Assembly: GCA_030747075.1 (NCBI GenBank)
Contig: JASLLL010000013.1
Coordinates: 628 to 64,627, forward strand
DNA: 64,000 nt
From: Gemmatimonadota bacterium
GTDB lineage: Bacteria > ARS69
Reading direction: 5' to 3'
The position numbers and the translations under genes are program-made. The stretch's first letter is position 1. Every line of letters starts with the position of its first letter. The notes under the pieces were generated by a model, which was given only the letters and a program-made list of their open reading frames with translations, was not told the origin of the DNA and made no database searches. Below, piece after piece: positions 9,144 through 21,826 of the stretch.

Positions 9144-9273
9144 CCGGAGGCGTTCTGCGGGGCGTCGTGTCGGGTCCTGTGCAGCGAAAACCTGCGAACC
9201 GCGTCAGGGCCGGAAGGCAGCAGCGCTCAGCAGATCTTTTCGGGTGCCGCAGGGTTGCCTGGCCGGCGCCTCC
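9144..9273 (+). ncRNA. ffs: Signal recognition particle RNA (4.5S/small SRP RNA), candidate
   Basis: Universally conserved domain IV motif GUCAGGgCCGGAAGGcAGCAGC at 9202-9223 with GGAA tetraloop; flanking complementary arms (ggaggcg/cgcctcc, ctgcgg/ccgcag); conserved position directly upstream of dnaX as in Bacillus. Exact ends approximate. Confidence 0.55.
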
Positions 9274-9303
9274 AGGGACTCCTTCCTTCAGCGGGAGTTG
9301 CTC

Positions 9304-11166
9304 ATGGCCTATCAAGTGCTTGCTCGGAAGTGGCGACCCCAGGGGTTCGACGAGGTCGTCGGTCAAGATCACATCACGCGCACGCTTGCCAACGCCATTG
9401 ACTCCGGTCGACTGGCTCACGCCTTCCTCTTCTGCGGGCCGCGCGGCGTCGGAAAGACAACGACCGCCCGGATTCTCGCCAAGTGTCTGAACTGCGAAAA
9501 GGCCACGGACGGGCCGATCGTGGATCCGTGCAATGAGTGCCCGGCCTGCCGGGAGGTCATTGACGGCTGCAGTCTGGACATTCTGGAGATCGATGGCGCG
9601 TCCAACCGCGGAATCGATGAGATCCGGGACCTTCGCGAGAATGCCCGCTACGCGCCCAGTTCCGGCCGCGCAAAGGTGTACATCATCGACGAAGTTCATA
9701 TGCTGACCAAAGAGGCCTTCAACGCGCTTCTCAAGACGCTGGAGGAACCTCCGCCGGGCGTGTACTTCGTCTTCGCAACGACGGAAGTCCACAAGATCCC
9801 CGCGACGATCCGTTCCAGGTGCCAGCGCTACGACTTCCATCGCATCCCGGCGGATGTGATGGTGTCGTTGCTGAGCCGTCTTGCGGAGAAGGAAGGGATC
9901 CGTGTGGAGGAGTCCGCGCTGCACGAACTGGCCCGTCAGGCGGATGGGGGGTTGCGCGACGCGGAGAGCCTGCTGGACCAGGCGGCCGCCGTGGCCGCTG
10001 GAAGCATCACGGTCGAAGTGCTCCGCGAACTTCTCGGCGAAGCGGAGGAAGAGGTCTATCTGGACCTCGCCCGCGCGGTGGGGCGCTCGGATCCAGCCGG
10101 GGCGTTTCAGGTGGTGCAGGGGCTTCTGGACAGGGGGATGGATTCTTCGCGGATCGCGCTGGGCCTCGCGCGGACCTTTCGGGATCTCCTGGTCGCGTCG
10201 ACGGCCGGGAAGGACGCGGCGTTACTCGGTGTTCGGAAGGATCTGGTAGAGGCGTTTCGGGAGGTGGCTGCGGCGTTTTCAGCGGAGCGTGTGACGGCAC
10301 TTCTTACACTGGCGAACCGCACCGTGTCGGATCTGCGCCGGTCGGCGCGCCCGCGGCTGGTGCTGGAAGTGGCCGTGGCGCGAATGTGCTGTCTGGAAGA
10401 CCCCGGGAAGATCTCCGAACTGCTGGCGCGTCTGGAGGCGCTTGAAGCGTTGCTCGGCGGGGGGGATGATGGCGGAGACCCTCCTCGTCCGGCGGAAACG
10501 CCGGCTCCGGTGCCGTCGCCCGCCCCGAAGGCACGCGTCCGTAAGGACGCGCCCCCCCCGGCGGATGCGCCCCCGCGGAGCGAGGACGGCCCGCCACCGG
10601 AAGATGCGTCCCCGCGGAGCGAGGACGGCCCGCCACCGGAAGATGCCCCGCCGCGGAGCGAGGACGGCCCGCCACCGGAAGATGCCCCGCCACCGGAAGA
10701 TGCGCCGCCACCGGAAGAGGCCCCTCCGGTGGCGAGCATGGATTCTCCACCCGACCGCCGCGAACCTGCCGCTCCCGGTTCCTCTTCCGCTCCGGCCTTC
10801 TGGGAGGAGCTCTTGAAGGCCGTCCGCGGTCGGAAGATGATGCTGGCATCGTTTCTGGAGCATGGGATGCTGGGAGGTCTGGAAGACGAAGCTTTTTCCA
10901 TTGTGTTCGACAACAACTACTACGAAGGGATGGTGGGACGTCGGGAGAACCTCGGCGTGATCGAGGAGGCCATGGAAGGGATCGTCGGGCGGCGGGTCTC
11001 CTGTCGCGTCCGTACCGGCGTCGTGGCGTCGCGCCCGTCAGGGCAGGCTGGAACGAAGAGCGGTGGTCCCGCCGGAGACCTGCTTCAGGAGAACCCCGGG
11101 TTGCGCAGGATCATGAATGAACTCGGTGGGCAGATGCTCCCGGGTGACACTGAGATTGGAGGATGA
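9304..11166 (+). CDS. dnaX: DNA polymerase III subunits gamma/tau
   Basis: MAYQVLARKWRPQGFDEVVGQ..., Walker A GPRGVGKTT, zinc module CNECPAC; proline-rich tandem-repeat linker then tau C-domain. Confidence 0.9.
   Translation: MAYQVLARKWRPQGFDEVVGQDHITRTLANAIDSGRLAHAFLFCGPRGVGKTTTARILAKCLNCEKATDGPIVDPCNECPACREVIDGCSLDILEIDGASNRGIDEIRDLRENARYAPSSGRAKVYIIDEVHMLTKEAFNALLKTLEEPPPGVYFVFATTEVHKIPATIRSRCQRYDFHRIPADVMVSLLSRLAEKEGIRVEESALHELARQADGGLRDAESLLDQAAAVAAGSITVEVLRELLGEAEEEVYLDLARAVGRSDPAGAFQVVQGLLDRGMDSSRIALGLARTFRDLLVASTAGKDAALLGVRKDLVEAFREVAAAFSAERVTALLTLANRTVSDLRRSARPRLVLEVAVARMCCLEDPGKISELLARLEALEALLGGGDDGGDPPRPAETPAPVPSPAPKARVRKDAPPPADAPPRSEDGPPPEDASPRSEDGPPPEDAPPRSEDGPPPEDAPPPEDAPPPEEAPPVASMDSPPDRREPAAPGSSSAPAFWEELLKAVRGRKMMLASFLEHGMLGGLEDEAFSIVFDNNYYEGMVGRRENLGVIEEAMEGIVGRRVSCRVRTGVVASRPSGQAGTKSGGPAGDLLQENPGLRRIMNELGGQMLPGDTEIGG
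10564..10716 (+). repeat. In-frame tandem repeat inside dnaX linker: 3 x 39 nt (DAPPRSEDGPPPE) + 2 x 18 nt (DAPPPE)
   Basis: Near-perfect direct repeats read directly from sequence. Confidence 0.85.
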
Positions 11167-11182
11167 GTTGGATCTTCAGAAG

Positions 11183-11479
11183 ATGATGAAACAGATGCAA
11201 AAGGCGCAGGAGAAGATGAACGCGCTGCAGGAAGAGGTCGCCGGACGGACCGTGGAGGCCACGGCCGGCGGGAACATGGTTCGCGTGGTCATGGGCGGGG
11301 ATGGCGTGCTCCATTCGATTGTCATCGACCCGGAAGTCGTGGACCCGACGGATGTGGAGATGCTGCAGGATCTGGTGGTGGCCGCTGTGAATGAGGGCAA
11401 GCGCCGCACGCAGGAACTCATGGGGCAGGAGATGCAAAGACTCGCCGGGGGCATGGGGCTCCCGCCCGGAATGCTGTAG
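11183..11479 (+). CDS. ybaB: Nucleoid-associated protein YbaB/EbfC
   Basis: MMKQMQKAQEKMNALQEEV... typical YbaB N-terminus; conserved dnaX-ybaB-recR order; GGAGGA RBS. Confidence 0.85.
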   Translation: MMKQMQKAQEKMNALQEEVAGRTVEATAGGNMVRVVMGGDGVLHSIVIDPEVVDPTDVEMLQDLVVAAVNEGKRRTQELMGQEMQRLAGGMGLPPGML

Positions 11480-11481
11480 GC

Positions 11482-12090
11482 ATGGCGGAACTGGGGTCCG
11501 AGGCACTCACGCTTCTTGCGGGAGAGTTCGCCCGCCTTCCGGGGATCGGTCGGAAGACCGCGCGCCGCCTTGCGCTCCATGTGCTGAAGGAAGAGGCATC
11601 CTATGCGGAGTCGTTCGCGGCGGCTCTGCTTTCGGTCAAACGAAGAGTGGTATTCTGCGAGACTTGCCAGAATGTGACCGAGTCCTCCCCGTGCGCCATC
11701 TGTGCAGATTCCCGCCGCGTCACAGATCTGATCTGCGTGGTGGAGGAACCGGGTGATGTGTTGGCCATCGAAGGAACCGGCGAATATCACGGCGGCTATC
11801 ATGTGCTGCACGGCGTGCTGTCTCCGCTGGATGGCGTGGGACCGGAGGGGCTTCGCGTGAAGGAACTGACCGCGCGAATGCGGGAGTCGGACATTCGCGA
11901 AGTCATTTTGGCGCTGGACCCGGATACCGAGGGCGACGCAACCTCCTTTTACCTGCACAGCCTGCTGGCTCCGCTGGGCTGCCGTGTGTCGCGGATTGCG
12001 CGGGGGATTCCGGTCGGCGGGGACTTGGAGTTTGCGGATCAGGCCACGCTGGGCCGGGCCATTCTGAGCCGAGAGAGGATGGGCGAATGA
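11482..12090 (+). CDS. recR: Recombination protein RecR
   Basis: HhH motif, C4 zinc finger CETCQN...CAIC, Toprim domain. Confidence 0.9.
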   Translation: MAELGSEALTLLAGEFARLPGIGRKTARRLALHVLKEEASYAESFAAALLSVKRRVVFCETCQNVTESSPCAICADSRRVTDLICVVEEPGDVLAIEGTGEYHGGYHVLHGVLSPLDGVGPEGLRVKELTARMRESDIREVILALDPDTEGDATSFYLHSLLAPLGCRVSRIARGIPVGGDLEFADQATLGRAILSRERMGE

Positions 12091-12686
12091 CCATCTCCAA
12101 CCAACTCACGCTGTTGCGGTTGGTGCTGTCTCCGGTGTTTGTCGTGCTCCTCCTGCGCCAGACGGCCCCATCGCTCTGGCTGGCACTTCTCGTGTTCACC
12201 GTAGCGGCCCTCACCGACGCATGGGACGGACATCTTGCCCGGAGGCACGGGTGGATCAGTCGCACGGGGAAGATCCTGGATCCCATTGCCGACAAAGTTC
12301 TCGTGGGCGTGGCCTATGTTTCGTTCCTGGCGATCGGGTTGCCTTCCATGAAGTCGTGGATGGTGGCCATCATCCTCGGCCGCGAAGTGGCGGTCACGCT
12401 GCTGCGCGTCCTTGCGGGGCGGCGCGGTGTGACCATTGAGTCGAGTCGCCTCGGGAAGTGGAAGACCATCAGCCAGATGACGCTGGTGTTTGTGTTGCTG
12501 GCGCTGATGTCCGCCCGCGCGCTCGTCGACCCGTCGCCCGCGTACTGGAAGTCCCCGGGGATCGCGCCGGTCGGCACACTCCTTCTGGTAGCACTGGTCC
12601 TGGCGACCGCGGTGACCTTCGGTTCCGGAGCCGACTACTTCTGGCGCAACCGGCGGGTCTTTTCGCCGTCGAGGCCATCGCGTTGA
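12087..12686 (+). CDS. pgsA: CDP-diacylglycerol--glycerol-3-phosphate 3-phosphatidyltransferase
   Basis: CDP-alcohol phosphatidyltransferase motif DAWDGHLAR...GKILDPIADK. Confidence 0.85.
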   Translation: MTISNQLTLLRLVLSPVFVVLLLRQTAPSLWLALLVFTVAALTDAWDGHLARRHGWISRTGKILDPIADKVLVGVAYVSFLAIGLPSMKSWMVAIILGREVAVTLLRVLAGRRGVTIESSRLGKWKTISQMTLVFVLLALMSARALVDPSPAYWKSPGIAPVGTLLLVALVLATAVTFGSGADYFWRNRRVFSPSRPSR

Positions 12687-13177
12687 AGCGCCTCGTGGAT
12701 GGCGTTCTGCGCGTACTGGCCACGGGGTTCTGGACGGGCTTTTTCCCGGTTGCCCCGGGGACCGCCGGGAGCCTTCTTGCGGTGGCGCTCTATGTGGCGG
12801 TGCCCGCGCTTCCTCTGGGGGCGGACGGATCGTTCCCGACCCTCGCCGGAGGGCTCTTTCTTGTGGGGCTGTTTGCTCTCGGCGTAGTGGCCTCCACGCG
12901 CGCGGAGAAGGAGTTCGGTCGAGACGGCGGACCCATCGTCCTCGACGAAGTGCTGGGCCAGTGGATCACCCTTGCCGGGCTTCGTCCGGATCCGGGGGTT
13001 CTGGTCGCGGGTTTTCTCCTCTTCCGGTTCTTCGACATTGTGAAGCCGTTCCCGGCGGGCGTCAGCCAGTCGTGGAAGGAAGGGTGGGGGGTGATGGCGG
13101 ATGATGTCTTCGCGGGTGTCTATGCGGCGCTGGCGCTGCGAGGCCTTCTTGCCCTGATGCCGGGGCTGGGAGGATAG
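12683..13177 (+). CDS. pgpA: Phosphatidylglycerophosphatase A
   Basis: GFFPVAPGTAGS...DEVLGQW...FRFFDIVKPFP PgpA signature; TTG/GTG start just after pgsA stop (start approximate). Confidence 0.75.
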   Translation: MKRLVDGVLRVLATGFWTGFFPVAPGTAGSLLAVALYVAVPALPLGADGSFPTLAGGLFLVGLFALGVVASTRAEKEFGRDGGPIVLDEVLGQWITLAGLRPDPGVLVAGFLLFRFFDIVKPFPAGVSQSWKEGWGVMADDVFAGVYAALALRGLLALMPGLGG

Positions 13178-13192
13178 CGCTGTGCGCACCGC

Positions 13193-13720
13193 GTGCTGGA
13201 GCGGGAAATGAAATGCACGGCGGGAGAAAACACACCTTCTGAAGAGGCGCTGGAGCGGGTCCTGGTTCGGGAACTGGAGCGGGCGGAGGAGACCCTCGCA
13301 ACGGCGGAATCCTGCACCGGAGGCGGGATTGGGGCGAGAATCACGGAGGTGCCCGGCGCGTCCGCGGTATACGCGGGCGGGGTTGTGGCGTATTCCAACC
13401 GGATCAAGGTCGCCCGACTGGGGGTGGCCGACGAGACGCTGGAGCAGTACGGTGCGGTCAGTTCCCAGGTGGCACGGGAGATGGCCGAGGGTTGCCGCAG
13501 GGCGTTTGAAGTGGACCTGAGCCTTGCGGTCACGGGCATCGCGGGCCCCGGCGGAGGACTTCCCGGCAAGCCGGTGGGGACTGTCTGGATTGCGATTTCT
13601 GATGCTGCCGGGACGACCGCCCGGGAGTTCCGGTTTTCCGGGGATCGGGGCGCTGTCCGGGAACGAAGCGTCAACAAGGCGCTCGAAATCGCGTATCGTA
13701 GGCTCCGGTCGCGCTTGTAG
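13193..13720 (+). CDS. CinA C-terminal-domain protein / NMN amidohydrolase PncC
   Basis: [17 protein letters not shown]...[11 protein letters not shown] CinA_C signature. Confidence 0.8.
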   Translation: MLEREMKCTAGENTPSEEALERVLVRELERAEETLATAESCTGGGIGARITEVPGASAVYAGGVVAYSNRIKVARLGVADETLEQYGAVSSQVAREMAEGCRRAFEVDLSLAVTGIAGPGGGLPGKPVGTVWIAISDAAGTTAREFRFSGDRGAVRERSVNKALEIAYRRLRSRL

Positions 13721-13827
13721 CGGATCGGCTCGTTCCCCGCGGACCGAACAGTGGAGCGACGGGGTGCACCCCTCTTGCGAGGGGGCGACCTGTTGTGAAC
13801 ATGGACGACATCAACGGGAGGATGTGC

Positions 13828-14928
13828 ATGAAAGGCGGGAAGCGAGAGGTCGCCCGTCCCAAGGACCGGGACAAGGCGCTGGACCTCGCAGTCGGACAGA
13901 TCGAACGGCATTTTGGCAAAGGTTCCATCATGCGCCTCGGAGATCCAAGGCAGGCGCAAAGTGGGCCTCCGGCCATCTCCACGGGTTCCTTGTCGTTGAA
14001 TGTCGCGCTGGGCATAGGCGGCGTGCCACGCGGGAGAATCGTCGAAGTGTTCGGGCCGGAGTCTTCGGGGAAGACGACTCTGGTACTGCACATGATGGCC
14101 GAAGCTCAGAAGGCGGGTGGAACCGCGGCGTTCGTGGATGCGGAGCACGCACTGGATCCTGCCTACGCGCAGGCGCTCGGCGTGGATGTGGAGAATCTCC
14201 TTGTGTCCCAGCCGGATACGGGCGAGCAGGCGCTGGAGATCACGGACATGCTCGTGCGCTCGGCTGCAGTGGACATCATCGCGGTGGATTCCGTGGCGGC
14301 GCTGGTGCCGCGTGCGGAAATCGAAGGTGAGATGGGCGACCACAATGTCGGGCTTCAGGCGCGCCTCATGTCGCAGGCCATGCGGAAGCTGACGGGTTCG
14401 GTCTCCAAGTCGAAGACCTGCATCGTCTTCATCAACCAGATCCGCATGAAGATCGGCGTCATGTTCGGCAACCCGGAGACGACGACCGGTGGCAACGCCC
14501 TGAAGTTCTATGCCACGCAGCGCCTGGACATCCGTCGGATCGGGGCGCTCAAGGACGGCACGGTCGGGATCGGCAACCGGACGCGCGTGAAGGTCGTGAA
14601 GAACAAGCTGGCCCCGCCGTTCCGTCAGGCGGAGTTCGACATCATCTACGGAGAGGGGATCTCCTTCGTGGGAGATGTGCTCGACATGGCTACGGAGAAG
14701 GAGATCGCGGAGAAGTCCGGGACCTGGTTCTCCTATGACGGGGAGAGACTCGGTCAGGGCCGGGAGAACGCGAAGGCGTTCCTTACGGAGAATCCGGACA
14801 TTCTGGCATCCATGGAGCGGAAGGTCCGTGAGGCCTACGGTATTCCCGCGCCCGGCGGCCAGGCTCCGGCGTCGGATTCCGTAGAGACGGAGGAAGCTGC
14901 GGTTGCCGGTGCCCCCTCCGGGAAGTAG
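13828..14928 (+). CDS. recA: Recombinase RecA
   Basis: [23 protein letters not shown]..., Walker [10 protein letters not shown]; GGGAGGA RBS 7 nt upstream of ATG. Confidence 0.95.
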   Translation: MKGGKREVARPKDRDKALDLAVGQIERHFGKGSIMRLGDPRQAQSGPPAISTGSLSLNVALGIGGVPRGRIVEVFGPESSGKTTLVLHMMAEAQKAGGTAAFVDAEHALDPAYAQALGVDVENLLVSQPDTGEQALEITDMLVRSAAVDIIAVDSVAALVPRAEIEGEMGDHNVGLQARLMSQAMRKLTGSVSKSKTCIVFINQIRMKIGVMFGNPETTTGGNALKFYATQRLDIRRIGALKDGTVGIGNRTRVKVVKNKLAPPFRQAEFDIIYGEGISFVGDVLDMATEKEIAEKSGTWFSYDGERLGQGRENAKAFLTENPDILASMERKVREAYGIPAPGGQAPASDSVETEEAAVAGAPSGK

Positions 14929-14986
14929 CCGAAAGAAGAAACGCGGCAGGAGTGGAGGCGCGGCCCCGGCCGCGACTCCCGTCGAG

Positions 14987-15457
14987 ATGGCCATTCGCTA
15001 TCTCGGGAGCCGGATGCGGTTCGAGTCGGAGGTCCGCTCGCACCTGAATCGCAAGGGTGTGCCCGGAGAAGCGCAGGAGGCTGCGCTGGAGCGCCTGCGG
15101 GAACTGGGGCTTCTTTCGGATCGGGACACCTGCGCGGCGTGGATCCGGGACCGGATGAACTTCTCGCCCCGGGGCACGATCCATATGCGGCGGGATCTCC
15201 TCCGCCGCGGTGTGGATCGGCAGGTGGTGGAGGACGCGCTCTCCGCCGAACTGGCACCGGGGGCGGAGACGGATCTTGCGGTTCGTGTGCTGAAGGGGCG
15301 GGCGAAGCGTTTTGTCGCAGTGTCGAAGGATGTGGCAAGGCGCAGGATGTGGTCTGTTCTCGCCGGACGGGGGTTTCCTCCGGAGGTGGTTCACGAGGCA
15401 ATAGACCGGTTCGCTGTGGACAGGGAGTCCCCTTTGGAGAGGGCAGGGGAGTTGTGA
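14987..15457 (+). CDS. recX: RecA regulator RecX
   Basis: Three-helix-repeat RecX-like sequence immediately after recA; start may be upstream TTG at 14903. Confidence 0.7.
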   Translation: MAIRYLGSRMRFESEVRSHLNRKGVPGEAQEAALERLRELGLLSDRDTCAAWIRDRMNFSPRGTIHMRRDLLRRGVDRQVVEDALSAELAPGAETDLAVRVLKGRAKRFVAVSKDVARRRMWSVLAGRGFPPEVVHEAIDRFAVDRESPLERAGEL

Positions 15458-15503
15458 TGGGGCGGGCAGGACCCAGCGTCGCGCCCCGGGAAGGGGAAGG
15501 CCC

Positions 15504-18202
<2,699 letters not shown>

Positions 18203-18206
<4 letters not shown>

Positions 18207-19021
18207 TCGATCTGCACTGCCATATCCTCCCCGGACTCGACGATGGTGCCGCGGATGATCACCAGGCGCTGGCCATGGCGAGAGCGGCTGTGGACATGGG
18301 CATTCAGGAGGTGGCGGCCACTTCGCACTTCGGGTTCTTCTCGTTGTTCTCCGCAGACTCCGGGAGCATTCGCGCGGAGCGGGATCGTCTGGTAGAACTC
18401 GTTGCGGCCGAGGGGATTCCTCTGGAGATTCACCCCGGTGCGGAGAACTACTACGGGGAGATGGAGCCCGCAGAGTTTGCATCGCGGGCGATCCCTCTGG
18501 CGGAAGGCCCGTATGTACTCATGGACTTCTCTTTTCGGCGGGTCCCGGAGACTCTGGCGGAGGGTCTCGCCCGGCTTCGGCAGGGGGGGCGGATCCCTGT
18601 GATCGCTCACCCGGAGCGGAATCGGGAAGTTCAGCTGCTGCCGAAGATTGTGGTGGACTGGTTGGATGCGGGAGCCATGCTGCAGGTGAATGCCTCCAGC
18701 CTGACAGGACTGCTTGGCGAAGATGCACAGTTGGCGGCGGAGACACTTCTGGCTGCGGGAGCCGTGCAGATACTCGGCTCGGATGCACACGACCTCAGCC
18801 GACGCCCGTTCTGCCTGAGCGCGGGAGAGGCGGCGGCGGCGGACATCGTGGGAGCGGATGCAGCAGCACGAATGGTACGCGATACCCCCCGGGCCGTGTT
18901 GCGCGGGGAGAAGATAGAAGTTCGGAGCCCGGATTCGGATCGGCTGAGCGGAGGAGCATCGCTCTTCGACCGGATGTTCGGGCGGGGGCGGGGCCAGACC
19001 GAGCAAGGAGATCGAGAGTGA
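18203..19021 (+). CDS. PHP-family Mn-dependent protein-tyrosine phosphatase (CpsB/YwqE-like)
   Basis: MIDLHCHILPGLDDGAADDH...ATSHF PHP motifs; GTG start overlaps alaS stop. Confidence 0.8.
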
Positions 19022-20085
19022 AAGGCCTGATTCTCTCCGGAGGGAAGGGAACACGACTGAGACCCATCACGCACACGAGTGCCAAGCAACTGGTGCCGGT
19101 CGCGAACAAGCCGATCCTCTTCTTCGCCATTGAAGCCGTGCGCGACGCGGGGGTCGAGGAGATCGGGATCGTGGTGGGGGAGACGGGTGCGGAGATTCGC
19201 GCGGCCGTGGGGGACGGGTCCGCGTTCGGCGTGAAGATCACCTACATCCCGCAGGAGAATCCGCTCGGACTGGCGCACGCCGTCAAGGTCTCGCGGGACT
19301 TCCTCGGCGAGGATCCATTTGTGATGTTTCTGGGCGACAACCTCATCAAGGACGGGATCACCCCACTGGTGGACGAGTTCCGGCGAGACGGCCCGAACTC
19401 GCAGATCCTCCTCGCGAGCGTGCCCAACCCGTCGGAGTTCGGGGTGGCGGAGATTGCGGACGGGAAGGTCGTCGGGTTGGAAGAGAAACCCGCGCAGCCG
19501 AAGTCGGAGTTCGCGCTGGTGGGCGTCTACATGTTCGACCGGAGCATTCACGAGGCGGTGGACAACATCCAGCCTTCCGCACGGGGAGAACTGGAGATCA
19601 CCGATGCCATCCAGTATCTGATCGACCACGACTTCGATGTACGCAGCCATGTCATTCGTGGCTGGTGGAAGGACACCGGGAAACTGGAGGACATGCTGGA
19701 AGCCAACCGGATTGTGCTGAGCAGTCTGGAGCGACGCATCGACGGGGAAGTGGACGATCGGAGCCGTATCATCGGAGAGGTCGTCGTGGGGAAGGGGGCG
19801 CGTGTGGAAAACTCCGAACTTCGCGGGCCGCTTATCCTGGGAGAGGGTGCGGTCGTGAAGGACTCCTATGTCGGGCCGTTCACATCCATTTCGGATCAGT
19901 GCGAAGTGCTTTCGTCGGAGGTGGAGTTCTCCATCATCCTGAAGGGCGGGCGCGTCCACGATCTGGACCGGCGTATGGAAGGGAGTCTTGTGGGGCGCAA
20001 CGCCACCATCCTCTCTTCCGCCGTCCGTCCCCGGGCGTACCGGTTCATGGTGGGCGACAACTCCGAGGTCCGGGTCCCCCGATGA
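19018..20085 (+). CDS. rmlA: Glucose-1-phosphate thymidylyltransferase (long form with C-terminal left-handed beta-helix)
   Basis: MKGLILSGGKGTRLRPITHTSAKQLVPV nucleotidyltransferase motif; C-terminal hexapeptide repeats. Confidence 0.85.
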   Translation: MKGLILSGGKGTRLRPITHTSAKQLVPVANKPILFFAIEAVRDAGVEEIGIVVGETGAEIRAAVGDGSAFGVKITYIPQENPLGLAHAVKVSRDFLGEDPFVMFLGDNLIKDGITPLVDEFRRDGPNSQILLASVPNPSEFGVAEIADGKVVGLEEKPAQPKSEFALVGVYMFDRSIHEAVDNIQPSARGELEITDAIQYLIDHDFDVRSHVIRGWWKDTGKLEDMLEANRIVLSSLERRIDGEVDDRSRIIGEVVVGKGARVENSELRGPLILGEGAVVKDSYVGPFTSISDQCEVLSSEVEFSIILKGGRVHDLDRRMEGSLVGRNATILSSAVRPRAYRFMVGDNSEVRVPR

Positions 20086-20981
20086 GCGCCGAACGAGGCG
20101 GTGAGTCCGCATCTCAGGCGACGGTTCGCGTGGCGGCCACCGGGTGCGCGGGCATGCTCGGGAGGGAGCTGGGTGCAGAGGCTGCGGCGCGGGGCGTGCC
20201 GTTCACCGGGTGGGATCTTCCGGACTTTGACCTGACGGATCGAGAAGCCGTGATGCGGGAGATCGGGTCGGCGCGACCGGATGTGGTAATCCATGCCGCC
20301 GCATGGACGGATGTGGATGGCTGCGAGTCGAATCCTTCGAAGGCGTTTCTTGTGAACGGACGGGCCACGGCGCATGTCGTGGAGGCGTGCCGGGAAGCGG
20401 GGGCGCGCGTCGTCCATGTCTCCACGGACTATGTGTTCCCGGGAGACCTCGACCGCCCGTACCGCGAGGACGATCTGCCCGGTCCGCTTTCCGTCTACGG
20501 TTGGTCGAAACTTGCCGGGGAGGAAGCGGTCCGTTCGCTGGGGGACGCGGGTGCCATTGCGCGGACCGCCTGGCTGTATGCGGGCCACGGTGCGAACTTC
20601 CTCCGCACGATGCTGCGTCTCGGCCGGGAGAGGGATTCCCTGGCCGTGGTCGACGACCAGTTGGGTTCACCGACCTTTGCGGGAGATCTTGCGCGGGTGT
20701 TGCTTGATCTCGCGATCGAAGGCGGGAGCGGCACATTTCACACCACCAACACCGGTTCGGTCACCTGGCACGGCTTCGCCAGCGCCATCTTTGCGGCGGC
20801 CGGAATCGGCGTCGAAGTGAAGGCGGTGACGAGTGCGGACTTCCCCCGACCGGCTCACCGCCCCGCGAACTCCGTGTTGCTGGATTCCCGGCTTGCTGAT
20901 GCGGGGATTCATCCGATGCCGTCGTGGGAAGACGGGCTGGCCCGGTGCTTTGCGGGAATGGCGAAGGAAGGTGCGGCATGA
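20082..20981 (+). CDS. rmlD: dTDP-4-dehydrorhamnose reductase
   Basis: Rossmann TGCAGMLGREL, YxxxK, RmlD substrate-binding region; ATGA overlap with rmlA stop. Confidence 0.85.
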   Translation: MSAERGGESASQATVRVAATGCAGMLGRELGAEAAARGVPFTGWDLPDFDLTDREAVMREIGSARPDVVIHAAAWTDVDGCESNPSKAFLVNGRATAHVVEACREAGARVVHVSTDYVFPGDLDRPYREDDLPGPLSVYGWSKLAGEEAVRSLGDAGAIARTAWLYAGHGANFLRTMLRLGRERDSLAVVDDQLGSPTFAGDLARVLLDLAIEGGSGTFHTTNTGSVTWHGFASAIFAAAGIGVEVKAVTSADFPRPAHRPANSVLLDSRLADAGIHPMPSWEDGLARCFAGMAKEGAA

Positions 20982-21826
20982 CGGAAGACAGCGCGGCAGT
21001 CATCGCGGCCGGGCGCGCGGACTACGACTCGGCGGTTCGGCGCGGCCGGGCGATCGACGAACTGAGTGAGTTGTTCCGATTTCGCCATCTGGTCGTACAG
21101 CTCGTGAAGCGGAATGTCACCTCGCGGTACAAGCGGTCATTCCTGGGACTGGCGTGGACTCTCCTTGATCCACTCCTCACGATGGGCGTGATGGCTGCCG
21201 TGTATTCCGCGATTATCCGGGATCGGGTGGAGGCCTTCCCTGTCTACATCTTGTCCGGGCTGGTGATCTGGAATTTCTTCTCGCAGTCGAGCACTCAGGC
21301 GATCACCTACTTCCTGCACGGGCGGGCGCTCCTCGGGCGCGTGTACATGCCCAAGGCGACGATGGGGGTGGCGGCGGTCGGCACCGGTTTCGTCAACCTG
21401 GTGGCGTCCATCATTCCACTGATGGTGTTCATGGTGATCTTCCGATGCCAGTTCACTCCCGCGCTGCTCTTCGTGCCGGTCGCCATTCTGCTGGCGTCTG
21501 CATTCACGCTGGGTGTCGGGCTCCTGGTGTCCGCATGGTCGGTTTTCTTCGGAGACATGGAGAACATTTTCCGGTTTCTCCTGCGGCTGGCCATGTATCT
21601 GTCCGGGATTTTCTACTCGCTGGACATCCTGCCGGAGCAGCTGAGACGGGTTGTCTGGTGTATGCCGACCTATCATCTGATTGAACTGTTCCGATCCCCC
21701 GTTCACACCGGGACTCTCCCGGACGGTCAGAGCATTCTGATTGGAGTCGCATGGTCGCTGGGTTTCCTTCTCGCAGGTTTCGGGTACTTCGCACGAAAGT
21801 CGAATGCGTATGCATACCGACTCTGA
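20978..21826 (+). CDS. wzm: ABC-2 type polysaccharide export permease (Wzm/TagG/KpsM family)
   Basis: 6-TM ABC-2 permease, signature NVTSRYKRSFLGLAWTLLDP; ATGA overlap with rmlD. Confidence 0.85.
   Translation: MTEDSAAVIAAGRADYDSAVRRGRAIDELSELFRFRHLVVQLVKRNVTSRYKRSFLGLAWTLLDPLLTMGVMAAVYSAIIRDRVEAFPVYILSGLVIWNFFSQSSTQAITYFLHGRALLGRVYMPKATMGVAAVGTGFVNLVASIIPLMVFMVIFRCQFTPALLFVPVAILLASAFTLGVGLLVSAWSVFFGDMENIFRFLLRLAMYLSGIFYSLDILPEQLRRVVWCMPTYHLIELFRSPVHTGTLPDGQSILIGVAWSLGFLLAGFGYFARKSNAYAYRL

Noticed and set aside
7429-9924. 831-aa minus-strand ORF
   Set aside because: It runs antisense across the TPR glycosyltransferase, tadA, three tRNA genes and dnaX, so it cannot be real.
10564-10716. Possible CRISPR-like repeat array
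   Set aside because: The repeats are directly tandem with no spacers, in-frame inside dnaX. The same applies to the 9-nt repeat at 39828-39875 in rplY.
12087-13177. Apparent 230-nt overlap of pgsA and pgpA ORFs
   Set aside because: The pgpA ORF as listed begins far upstream. The conserved PgpA sequence starts right after the pgsA stop, so the gene was trimmed to 12683.
13120-14994. 624-aa minus-strand ORF
   Set aside because: Antisense to cinA and recA, with an Arg/Pro-rich translation.
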